64,000 nt of DNA, taken from Polyangiales bacterium. GTDB lineage: Bacteria; Myxococcota_A; Polyangia; Polyangiales; Houyiibacteriaceae. Position 1 is the first letter of the stretch; the number at the start of each line of letters is the position of its first letter. The stretch covers positions 1,208-65,207 of the forward strand of contig DATIUW010000324.1 of assembly GCA_035466435.1 (NCBI GenBank), written 5' to 3'. Below the pieces are notes generated by a model. That model searched no databases, was not told the DNA's origin, and was given only the letters and a program-made list of their open reading frames with translations. Positions 56,701 through 64,000 of this stretch are shown here, piece after piece. The position numbers and the translations under genes are program-made.

Positions 56701-57304
56701 CCAGCTCGCCGATGATGTCGGTCACGCGGAGCAGATTCTGGCGCGTCTGATCCATCTTGCGCTCGGCCGCGCGTTTACTCAGCTTGAACTTACTGATGCC
56801 TGCCGCTTCCTCGATCATCGCGCGGCGGTCCTCCGGCTTGGAGGTGACGATGAATCCGATTCGGCCCTGCTCGATGATCGAGTACGCCCGTTTTCCGACG
56901 CCCGTTCCCAAGAACAGGTTGGTGACGTCCAGCAGCCGAACCGGCGTTCGGTTGATGAGGTAATCACTGTGACCCTGTCGATCCAGGCGCCGCGTCACCT
57001 GGATCTCCTCGTACTCGCTGTACTCGGGGGGCGCGAGGCCGTCGGTGTTGTCGAAGGTGATTGTCACCTCGGCAAAGCCATGGGGGCCGCGCCCCTCGGC
57101 GCCGCTGAAAATCACGTCCTCCATGTGCTTACCGCGCAGCCGGGACGGTGATTGCTCGCCCATGCACCACTTGATGGCGTCGACGATGTTGGATTTCCCG
57201 CACCCGTTCGGTCCGACGACACAGGTGATGTTGTGGTCGAAATGGACCGTCGTCTGGTCCACGAAGGACTTGAAGCCAACGATTTGAAGCTTCTTGATCT
57301 TCAC
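53702..57304 (-). CDS. smc: Chromosome segregation protein SMC
   Basis: GTG at 57304 gives 'VKIKKLQIVGFKSF'. Has Walker A 'GPNGCGKSN', long coiled coils, a hinge, the signature 'LSGGEKALTA' and Walker B 'LLDEVDAPLD'. Confidence 0.96.
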   Translation of the reverse strand: MKIKKLQIVGFKSFVDQTTVHFDHNITCVVGPNGCGKSNIVDAIKWCMGEQSPSRLRGKHMEDVIFSGAEGRGPHGFAEVTITFDNTDGLAPPEYSEYEEIQVTRRLDRQGHSDYLINRTPVRLLDVTNLFLGTGVGKRAYSIIEQGRIGFIVTSKPEDRRAMIEEAAGISKFKLSKRAAERKMDQTRQNLLRVTDIIGELERSLGSLKRQAQKAERYKRYKKEMRDLDLWVASHRFLELRGQTASVAASLSMAKESAQGARHELVAKEASVEAERVSLQRSSSEVERAQALTYELDNSVRQLEGLIRQQQERQTGLAERKELASRELRQLEQQRQQLQQEASGVRVSLTELAALETEAERLLAEVETELQDRKNTAEEAEVALGNARAWLSEGRARVAGAEAVLAGYGARRQEIKTRLERLQEETEASAAREVEFRQQRGELEGKINGLRSGKVETAERQTEIEASLVQQKKALQQADAEVDALREKLAVTSSRLRSLDEIHERFEGVGAGTQAVMTEYTRDVGDTHSGLVGLVADRLECDAEHTRALGAALGASLECLLVEDTDSALRAAAYLAREEKGRAAFLPRAPSSGPRVVPPFPTGSGIVGPLTSLVRHSQSDDAWVRHLLFDVLVVDGLETAARLHREGFAGKLVTLDGQALLSDGAVVGGANDESATHLLRLQREIRELEQTAASQKGELERAVGEQGRLRAAIAERQAAIDSVRARAHDSELEILGAERDLQALEMELRRIAERRSEISLAETEAKAALSQIEVDESNTNRELADARRHVTDAEEATRVAESILGERRRVVEKQAARATEVKVEATQSRERADRERSVLAQLDRALAQLNAREDRLREDVAIADRDQGQAAGRILLHRGRVSEAAHEAASAREQLSSLRGKFDEAQVKLGESEAALKELRAALEERSNELNELTLRDRELALSLEHLVEQVRDKHRVELAYVLGDYHDRPIPDAEIAARAEELQRLIDRMGEINLTAIEEYEENAERYEYLTSQRRDLEEALTKLDKAIRQMNRESRAMFREAFTGINERFKRIYPLLFRGGQAELRLTEPQDMLETGVDIIAQPPGKRLGSLELMSGGEKALTAVALIFAIFQYKPSPFCLLDEVDAPLDEANIGRFADAIQQMTDRSQFIIITHSKRTMEYADVLYGVTMEQPGVSKLVSVELRGEKRPVPAAVEAAE

Positions 57305-57457
57305 ACTGCCCCCCAAAGGAGTATCTGGATGTGGCTATCACTGAACATACGATATTGCAATGGTTTCCGCGACCAGAAGCGATTGTCAGCCAGTGACCCC
57401 CACAATATGTTGTGGTGTCAGGTTGACACGGCCACGTCCCGTCGGCCGAGGCCAGTC

Positions 57458-58174
57458 CTAATCACGTTCGGCGGACTGGGCGGTCGTGCCGCTCGCCTCG
57501 CTCGAAGGCCGGACCTTGGCCCTGGGGGCGTGCCGCTTCTCCTTCAAAAATTCGAGGAAGCTGCGAGCGGTCTCGAGGTCTCTCGAGGCCAGGCCGTCGA
57601 CCAGCTCGTGGAGGTGGCGCCGGTGCGCGTCGTTCGAGCCGGGCTCGCCCGGCGCGACTTCCGTCGGCTCGGGCTCGGCCTCCGAGGCAACTACTTCGTT
57701 TGCCGTGGGGACGTGCCAGGTGGGTCGGTCGACCGGAAGGATTCCATGCGCCATCAGCCAAGACTCCATACAAGCGCGCAGCCGCTCCGATCGAAACGCG
57801 AACCATCGCTCGCGATCGACCGGGTGGCTCATCAGCGCATCCTTGAAGCGCCGGAACGCGCCCTTGCCGTCGATGGCCACGTTGAGCCGCCGCCGTAGAT
57901 CGTCGTCCTCCACGGTGGCGATGAATCGCTCCATCCAACGGTATTGCTCCCGTGAAGAGACGGGATCGATCCGCAGATACCGTTTGTCGTTCATGATGCG
58001 TGAATGCATCGTGGGATCGGCCACGCCGTCCACGATGCGAATCACCTCACCCGTATCGAAATGCAAGTAGCTGTGCACCTCGGGTGCATTGTTCTCAAAA
58101 GCGTCTTCGAGTGCCTCCCAAGCTACCGGTACCTCTACTGTTTCTTTTGCCTGCCCGACATCATCGTCACTCAT
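57458..58174 (-). CDS. UPF0158-like protein
   Basis: 'YLHFDTGEV', 'YLRIDP' and 'GKGAFRRFKDAL' resemble the UPF0158 family, plus an acidic/basic C-terminal tail. Its ATG overlaps the glpK TGA. Confidence 0.55.
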   Translation of the reverse strand: MSDDDVGQAKETVEVPVAWEALEDAFENNAPEVHSYLHFDTGEVIRIVDGVADPTMHSRIMNDKRYLRIDPVSSREQYRWMERFIATVEDDDLRRRLNVAIDGKGAFRRFKDALMSHPVDRERWFAFRSERLRACMESWLMAHGILPVDRPTWHVPTANEVVASEAEPEPTEVAPGEPGSNDAHRRHLHELVDGLASRDLETARSFLEFLKEKRHAPRAKVRPSSEASGTTAQSAERD

Positions 58175-59670
58175 GTTATTCCCATTTCACTTCGCGCCCG
58201 CCGCACCGCGTCGCGCCAGCGCCTCAAGTGGCCCTCCCTCTCGGCTTGGGTGACCTGAGACTCAAAGCTACGCTCGATCCGGTAAGCATCCTTTACGGAG
58301 TCAAGTCCGCCGAACACGCCAACGGCCATGCCGGCTAAGTAAGCAGCGCCCAATGCAGTGGTCTCCACGTTCTCGGGGCGATCGATGGTCACCCCGAGCA
58401 TGTCCGCTTCGAATTGCATCAATAAGTCATTGCGAGCCGCACCACCGTCGACCCTCAATCGCTTGATGGGCCGACCGGCGTCCGCCTCCATGGCGTCGAC
58501 CAAGTCCACGATCTGAAAAGCCATTCCCTCGAGGGTTGCGCGCGCGAGATGTGCGGCGGTGGTGTCCCTCGTAAGCCCATAAATCAAGCCCCGCGCTTGC
58601 GGATCCCAGTGCGGTGCGCCCAAACCCGCCAGCGCGGGCACGAACACCACGTCCCCCGTCGTGTCGACCTCGCGGGCCTTCGCCTCGATCTCGTCCGAGG
58701 AAGCAATCAACCCGAGCCCGTCCCGCAGCCATTGGACTGCGGCGCCTGCAATGAACGCGCTTCCTTCGAGAGCGTATACCGTCTGGTCGCCCAACCTCCA
58801 TGCGATGGTAGTCAACAGCCCATTGTCGGAGTGCACGGCCTCCGACCCGGTGTTCATCAACAAAAAGGCACCCGTGCCGTACGTGCACTTGGCGTCACCA
58901 ACCTCGAAGCACGTCTGACCGAAGAGCGCGGCTTGTTGATCGCCAGCCATCCCCGCTATCGGAATGCCGTCGGGCACGCCCGGCACGCCCGAGGTGTGGG
59001 CGTAAACCTCCGAGCAACTCTTCACCTCGGGCAACAGCGTCATGGGAACGTGTAGCTCGGCAGCGAGCTCCTCGTCCCAGCGCTGCTCGACGATGTCGAA
59101 CAGAAGCGTGCGCGATGCATTGCTCGCATCGGTCACGTGAACCTTGCCGCCAGAAAGCCGGTATACGAGCCACGAGTCGATCGTGCCGAAAGCGAGCTCA
59201 CCCTTTTCGGCACGGGCTCGCGCGCCCTCGACGTGATCGAGCAGCCATTCGAGCTTGGTCCCGGCCAAGTAGGGATCGAGCACCAACCCCGTTCGCCGCC
59301 GAAACAACGCCTCCTTGCCCGCATCCTTCAGCTCCCGGCAGCGCTGTGCGGTGCGCCGGTCCTGCCAGACGATTGCGCGGTGGACGGCCGCGCCCGTCTT
59401 TCGGTCCCACAGCACGGTGGTCTCTCGCTGGTTCGTGATGCCGATCCCGAGGCAGTCTCGTGGGTTCACGCCGGCCTCCGCGACCGCATCGCTGATCGCG
59501 CCGCCTACGCTCTCCCAGATCTCCTCGAGGTCGTGCTCGACCCAGCTAGGTCGCGGAAAATGTTGCCGAAACTCGCGATTGGCGCGCGCCAGAATGCTGC
59601 CATCCGGCGACAACAAGAGCGCGGTGGAACCGGTGGTTCCCTGATCGATCGACAAAAGAAAGCCCGACAT
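58171..59670 (-). CDS. glpK: Glycerol kinase
   Basis: ATG at 59670 ('MSGFLLSIDQGTTGST'). 'GITNQRETTVLWD' and 'KCTYGTG' are present. Confidence 0.95.
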   Translation of the reverse strand: MSGFLLSIDQGTTGSTALLLSPDGSILARANREFRQHFPRPSWVEHDLEEIWESVGGAISDAVAEAGVNPRDCLGIGITNQRETTVLWDRKTGAAVHRAIVWQDRRTAQRCRELKDAGKEALFRRRTGLVLDPYLAGTKLEWLLDHVEGARARAEKGELAFGTIDSWLVYRLSGGKVHVTDASNASRTLLFDIVEQRWDEELAAELHVPMTLLPEVKSCSEVYAHTSGVPGVPDGIPIAGMAGDQQAALFGQTCFEVGDAKCTYGTGAFLLMNTGSEAVHSDNGLLTTIAWRLGDQTVYALEGSAFIAGAAVQWLRDGLGLIASSDEIEAKAREVDTTGDVVFVPALAGLGAPHWDPQARGLIYGLTRDTTAAHLARATLEGMAFQIVDLVDAMEADAGRPIKRLRVDGGAARNDLLMQFEADMLGVTIDRPENVETTALGAAYLAGMAVGVFGGLDSVKDAYRIERSFESQVTQAEREGHLRRWRDAVRRARSEMGIT

Positions 59671-59713
59671 CCGGATCGATACGGTACGAAGCCTGGCAGC
59701 CAAAGTAAAGCGA

Positions 59714-60814
59714 CTACTCCGTGGCAGTCAGCCACGCTCGAAACCGCATCCAAGCGTCGCCCAAGGGGCCCGGCAAGCCGGCCATCAAATCCGCGAGCGC
59801 TGGATCGTCCGCGCCCGAGCCGCGCACCCTTTCGAGGCAAACCAGCGCCGCCAAGCTCTGCTGTCGCGCCGCCAAAGACCTAGCCAACAGAGGCAAAGCA
59901 TGGCGCTCGTCGGCGCCGAGTCGCAATGCACGGCGCAACAACCCGATGGCCTCCCCGTGCTTTTCGCTCGCCACGGAGGCGCGGCCCAACGTGAGAAAAA
60001 GCTCTGCCGCTTTGCTCGATTCGCCAGCCCATTGAACCCCGAGGCGAAGAACCTCGTTGGCCGCATCGAAGTCTCCCATGTTCGCGTAGGCGGTGCCCAA
60101 GAGCTCGAGGCTCTCCGAGAGTCGGCCGTGGACGTCCTCGCTCAGCGTTTCGGCCTCGCCGGTGCGCAGAAGCATGGAAATTGGGTTCAACCAGGGAGTC
60201 AGCATCGCAATCGTCGCGCCCCAGTTGCCATGCGCATTGGCCTCTTCGGCTTGATCGACGACGGCCAGGTCGATCGCCATCGAGTCCGCCTGCTGTTCGG
60301 TCCCGAGCTCGGCACGAACGCGCTCGTCGATCACCTCGCGGAAGTCCTCGAGGGGTAGGACATGCCGGACCTCGTTGAACTCGACGACGATCTCGGAGAG
60401 GCCGGCCTCGTGCCGAAGCTCGATCGGTTGCACGAAGAACAGAGACGCTTCGAGCAAGTAGCGGCCTCCGATGTGGGCTTGAAGCGCCTCGACGTCGGGA
60501 TCCTCTGGAAGATCGACGTTCTCCAAGGGTGTCAGCAGGTACTGGGCAATCGTCTGGCGGAATTCGGGAAGAGGGACTTGTCGCACGGTCGGATCCCTTC
60601 CGATCGAGTACTCCACCGAGGTCCCCTCCTGGGCGTGCCGATTGGCGGTTAGGCTCGAGATGCGGGCACCGGCGACCAACGCGAGCCCGAGCGTGCTGCG
60701 TCCGACGATCTGGCACGCCTTCTCGAAGTCTTTGGATTGCGCGAGCACGCCGTCGAACCAGCGGTCGGGGCGCGCCGCCGAAAGATCGTAGACGCGTGGA
60801 AAGCCACCGCCCAC
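59714..60814 (-). CDS. Hypothetical protein with C-terminal TPR-like repeats
   Basis: GTG at 60814 lies 1 nt after the upstream gene's TGA. The C-terminal third is helical-repeat-like ('LLGTAYANMGDFDAANEVLRLG'). The N-terminal domain was not recognised. Confidence 0.5.
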   Translation of the reverse strand: MGGGFPRVYDLSAARPDRWFDGVLAQSKDFEKACQIVGRSTLGLALVAGARISSLTANRHAQEGTSVEYSIGRDPTVRQVPLPEFRQTIAQYLLTPLENVDLPEDPDVEALQAHIGGRYLLEASLFFVQPIELRHEAGLSEIVVEFNEVRHVLPLEDFREVIDERVRAELGTEQQADSMAIDLAVVDQAEEANAHGNWGATIAMLTPWLNPISMLLRTGEAETLSEDVHGRLSESLELLGTAYANMGDFDAANEVLRLGVQWAGESSKAAELFLTLGRASVASEKHGEAIGLLRRALRLGADERHALPLLARSLAARQQSLAALVCLERVRGSGADDPALADLMAGLPGPLGDAWMRFRAWLTATE

Positions 60815-60815
60815 T

Positions 60816-61781
60816 TCACGCCTCGCCGCTGAGCTTTCGGCGATACCACTCGATGGTGTGCAACAAGCCCTGCTCGAGCTCGACGAGAGCACGGAAACCG
60901 AGTAGCTCCTCGGCCTTCTTCACGTCGGGAATCCTGAGCTCGACGTCCGGAAAGTCCCACGGAACGAACTCGATGGGCGACTTGCTCTCGGTGAGACGAA
61001 CGATGAGCTGCGCGAGCTGGTAGATCGTAATCGTGCTGCGTGGATTCCCGATGTTGAAGCTTTCACCGATCGCTTCGTCACGCTGCATCGCCAGCAAGAT
61101 GGCGTCGACGATGTCGTCGATGTAGCACCACGATCGAATCTGATCGCCTTCGTTGTGGATGAGAATTTTGTCGCCCTGAAGCGCCCGCACGACGAAGGCA
61201 TGTACGGCGCCTTCACCGACCTGGCCTGGGCCGTAGATGTTGAACGGCCGAATCGAGCAAGTTGGAAGGTTGAACTGCTTCCAATAGTTGTGAGCCAGAT
61301 GCTCGGTGGCGAGCTTGCTCACGGCGTACGTCCAGCGCGCTTCGCCTACTGCGCCGAGACTGGTGACGTCGGCTTCCCGGACCCGGAAGGCATAGGAGCC
61401 GAATACCTCGCTCGTCGAGAAGTCGATGACGCGCTTGACGCCGATGCAGTCGTTTGCTGCGCGCAACACGTTCATGGTTCCCTCCAACGAGATCTCCATG
61501 GTCAGAACCGGATTCTTCAACACGGTGTCGACGCCCGCGATCGACGCCATGTGAATGACGTAGTCGCACCCGGTGACCGCACGCCGGACTGCGGTCATGT
61601 CTCGCACGTCGCCGACGATCAGCTCGACGTTGGGATGGCGATCGAGCCCCGCCTTGGAAAGGGCGTTCCGGCGCAGGATGTCCAGGACACGGATGTGGTT
61701 GTCTTCGGCCAGTCGCTTGGCCAGCGCGGTCCCTATGAACCCCGCGCCCCCGGTTATCAGGACGTTCGCCCCCTTCAGCAT
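60816..61781 (-). CDS. NAD-dependent epimerase/dehydratase (extended SDR)
   Basis: Has 'ITGGAGFIGTAL' and the catalytic 'YAVSKLATEH'. Confidence 0.85.
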   Translation of the reverse strand: MLKGANVLITGGAGFIGTALAKRLAEDNHIRVLDILRRNALSKAGLDRHPNVELIVGDVRDMTAVRRAVTGCDYVIHMASIAGVDTVLKNPVLTMEISLEGTMNVLRAANDCIGVKRVIDFSTSEVFGSYAFRVREADVTSLGAVGEARWTYAVSKLATEHLAHNYWKQFNLPTCSIRPFNIYGPGQVGEGAVHAFVVRALQGDKILIHNEGDQIRSWCYIDDIVDAILLAMQRDEAIGESFNIGNPRSTITIYQLAQLIVRLTESKSPIEFVPWDFPDVELRIPDVKKAEELLGFRALVELEQGLLHTIEWYRRKLSGEA

Positions 61782-61874
61782 GGCCCTCAGCTAGCATACC
61801 CGGAAGCTTCAAGTCGAGAAAGCTCAGTACCTTTACACCGAGCGGCTCACGTGGGATCGTGTGAGCGAGGGGAC

Positions 61875-62555
61875 ATGGGGATCTTCAGTCGGCTCAATCG
61901 CGTGATCAAGTCGAACCTCAACGCGCTCGTCGACCAGGCCGAGGACCCCGACAAGATGATCGGCCAGACCGTCGCCGACATGAAATCGGCGCTTCAGCGA
62001 GCGCGAACGGAGCTGATCGAAGCGTTGGGGAGCGCCAAACGCCTCGAGAAGAAGCAAATCGAGCTCGAGCGAGAGGCCGCAGATTGGGAGCGAAAGGCCG
62101 TTCTGGCGCTCGAGCGCGAGGACGAGGACCTGGCGCGCGAGGCGCTGCGCCGCAAAGCACGCGCCTCGAGGGAGGCGCGGCACGTACGAGAGCGAGCGGC
62201 TGAGCAAACAACCACGGCAGATGCGATGAAAGAGCAGCTCGAGCGGATCGAAAAGAAGCTCGACGATCTCAAGGCCAGGCAAAAGACGTTGGCAGCCCAG
62301 GTTCGCCAAGCACGGACGCAGCAACTGGATGTGTCTCGCCCCGCTGGAGACAGGCTGGGTGGAGGAGCGTTCTCCGACCTCGAACGCATGGCCGATCAAA
62401 TCGATCAGCTCGACGCCGAGGTGGAAGCACACCACGTCCTCGAGGACCCCAAGCGCACCGAGCTCGACGCACGCTTCAAAGCTCTCGAGTCGGAGGAAGG
62501 CGGGGATGAGGTCGAGGACGAGCTAGCGGCTCTCAAAGCAAAGCTCCGCGGTTGA
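61875..62555 (+). CDS. pspA: PspA/IM30 family protein
   Basis: ATG at 61875 ('MGIFSRLNRVIKSNLNALVDQAEDPDKM'). The remainder is coiled coil. The upstream part of the 466-aa track ORF is antisense to the epimerase. Confidence 0.9.
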   Translation: MGIFSRLNRVIKSNLNALVDQAEDPDKMIGQTVADMKSALQRARTELIEALGSAKRLEKKQIELEREAADWERKAVLALEREDEDLAREALRRKARASREARHVRERAAEQTTTADAMKEQLERIEKKLDDLKARQKTLAAQVRQARTQQLDVSRPAGDRLGGGAFSDLERMADQIDQLDAEVEAHHVLEDPKRTELDARFKALESEEGGDEVEDELAALKAKLRG

Positions 62556-62567
62556 CCCCTAGATACG

Positions 62568-64000
62568 ATGGAACGCTTCGTCCTCTGGCACAGGATTCTG
62601 CCCCCGGCCTTCGAAGAGGAGGAAACCACTGCGGCCGCTGCCCAGTGGGCGCGCTACGTCACGAGCGAGCTCAAACGGAGCGGCGGCGAGGTGTTGTCCT
62701 CCTTGGCCGGTACCGTGGTCGCACATTTCGCGCTCCACGATTTGAAGGCAGCCATCAATCTGGCGCTTCGGCTGCTCGCCGAGGCCGAGTCGCAGCCGGT
62801 GCCGGCCGGTGGGGTGCCGATTGCCTTTGGGATCGCCACCGGCGAGATCACGCGCGGCAAGGACGACGCCGAGCACCTAGCCAGCGGAGGAAGCGCCATC
62901 GATCGTGCGCAGCTTCTGGCCAACCAGGCGCTGGCGGGTGAGGTGGTGCTCGACGTCGCTTCGCGGGAGGCGGCGTCGAGGACGTACTTGTTCGGGCGAA
63001 CGGTGAGCACGAGCTCGTTTGCATCGAGGGGCGAAACGATCGATCGAAGCAGGCCGCTGCTCGAAGACTGTCGAAGGGCGGTCGGTCTGCTCGAAGCTGC
63101 ACCGACGCCCGACGGGCTTCGCAACGCCCTCGAACCGATTCGAGCGGCCTCGAACGCGGGGCGCACCTCCGCGTTTTATCTGAAAGGCCCCCTCGGGCTC
63201 GGCGCCGGGTCTTGTCTTCGTGCGTTGCGAGACGAGCTGCGTCCGCCGGCGTTTCTCGAGATCGGCGCGGTGCCCGGCGGACTCGAGCCGCTCGGTGGCC
63301 TCCGATTGGCTCTATTGAAATCATGGCGAACGCTCGAGCCTACCCGTCAGCGCTTGAAGAGCAGCGATCCCGGCGTCGCCGAAGCACTCAAGGCCATTGC
63401 TTGCGCCACCCCACCTGCCTGCGAAGCCGCGGTCCACGCCCTCAAGGTGACGCTCCGCGCTCTCGGAAAGGGACGAGGGATGCCCTGGGTCTATGTCGAT
63501 CGCATCTCCGCGGTCGACCCCGCGACGGTCGGGGTGTTGGGCGCCGTCTTGTCCGATGAAAGCGTGGCCGCCATGCTGGTCGTTCGCACGACCGAATCGA
63601 GCATTCCGGCGGGGCTTCGTCCCATCCCACGCGCGACCACCATCGACCTGCCTTCGCTCGATCCGAACGAGGCGCTGTCGGTGGCGACCGCCATTCTCGG
63701 TCCCGGTGCGGACCAAGAGGTCGCCAAGCAGCTCGTCATCACCGGCGGGCTGACCGTGCTCGGCATCACCGAAGCTGCCCGAACCATGATCGCGACGGGC
63801 GACTTGGTGCACGACGGCCGGGGTTTCGCCTTTCGCGAGGCGCATGCAGAACGGCGACACTTCGTCGGACCGCGGGCTCTGCTCGAGGAACGGTTTGCAA
63901 CCTTGGACACCTCTTCGATGCGATTCCTGGAAGTCGCGTGCGCAGCCCTTCCTGCTTCGACGGCTCAGGTGATCGACGTCGCAGTGGCACTCGACGGCAT
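62568..64000 (+). CDS. Hypothetical multidomain protein, 3'-truncated: degenerate cyclase-homology-like N-terminus plus NTPase-like region with a Lys-less glycine-rich loop
   Basis: This ORF is not in the track because it has no stop inside the window. Frame 0 is open from ATG 62568 to the window end, by my own translation, and has high third-position GC. 'GVPIAFGIATGEITRG' and 'FYLKGPLGLGAGSCL' are present. Confidence 0.55.
   Translation, partial: MERFVLWHRILPPAFEEEETTAAAAQWARYVTSELKRSGGEVLSSLAGTVVAHFALHDLKAAINLALRLLAEAESQPVPAGGVPIAFGIATGEITRGKDDAEHLASGGSAIDRAQLLANQALAGEVVLDVASREAASRTYLFGRTVSTSSFASRGETIDRSRPLLEDCRRAVGLLEAAPTPDGLRNALEPIRAASNAGRTSAFYLKGPLGLGAGSCLRALRDELRPPAFLEIGAVPGGLEPLGGLRLALLKSWRTLEPTRQRLKSSDPGVAEALKAIACATPPACEAAVHALKVTLRALGKGRGMPWVYVDRISAVDPATVGVLGAVLSDESVAAMLVVRTTESSIPAGLRPIPRATTIDLPSLDPNEALSVATAILGPGADQEVAKQLVITGGLTVLGITEAARTMIATGDLVHDGRGFAFREAHAERRHFVGPRALLEERFATLDTSSMRFLEVACAALPASTAQVIDVAVALDG

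Noticed and set aside
53702-57457. parS (TGTTTCACGTGAAACA-like) or dif-like sites near smc
   Set aside because: I did not find a close match to either consensus by eye. The dyads at 57400-57429 have unrelated sequences.

Overview
High-GC (~70%) chromosomal segment that is almost entirely coding. It probably comes from a myxobacterium (Myxococcota). That is an inference from the Myxococcus-type cysteine-rich repeats, an MglA-family GTPase, a eukaryote-like Ser/Thr kinase and lipoprotein signals. The backbone is housekeeping. It holds sdhCAB (5' truncated), hisC, thiL, pyrR-pyrB, alr, thiSGE, purQL, smc, glpK and pspA. It also holds a complete 14-gene dcw division/cell-wall cluster on the minus strand (mraZ-rsmH-ftsL-ftsI-murE-murF-mraY-murD-ftsW-murG-murC-ftsQ-ftsA-ftsZ, 13.7-30.4 kb). 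I saw no rRNA, tRNA, CRISPR array, transposase/integrase or prophage signal. The ORF track uses ATG/GTG/TTG starts and includes the stop codon. Many long track ORFs are run-on or antisense artefacts of the high GC content, so true starts were re-assigned from homology and from 4-nt start/stop overlaps. The best candidate for something undescribed is a three-gene module diverging from the dcw promoter: a tail-anchored mini-protein, an MglA-like Ras-superfamily GTPase, and a soluble PocR-domain histidine kinase coupled to the GTPase through an ATGA overlap. No MglB and no response regulator are encoded nearby. Other points worth a second look: (1) a Pmra-like promoter followed by three GTGGG-type MraZ boxes at 10-bp spacing; (2) a signal-peptidase-I homologue with both catalytic residues (Ser and Lys) replaced by Gly; (3) a FolB-cupin fusion adjacent (1-nt gap) to an SDR; (4) two solitary DNA methyltransferases (Dam-family and beta-class) with no adjacent nuclease; (5) a large lipoprotein combining a tandemly duplicated Cys-rich module with a seven-repeat propeller-like domain; (6) FtsI carrying a C-terminal PASTA-like domain; (7) PspA followed by a degenerate cyclase/NTPase-like protein. 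All functional calls rest on reading motifs in the translations. No database search was run.
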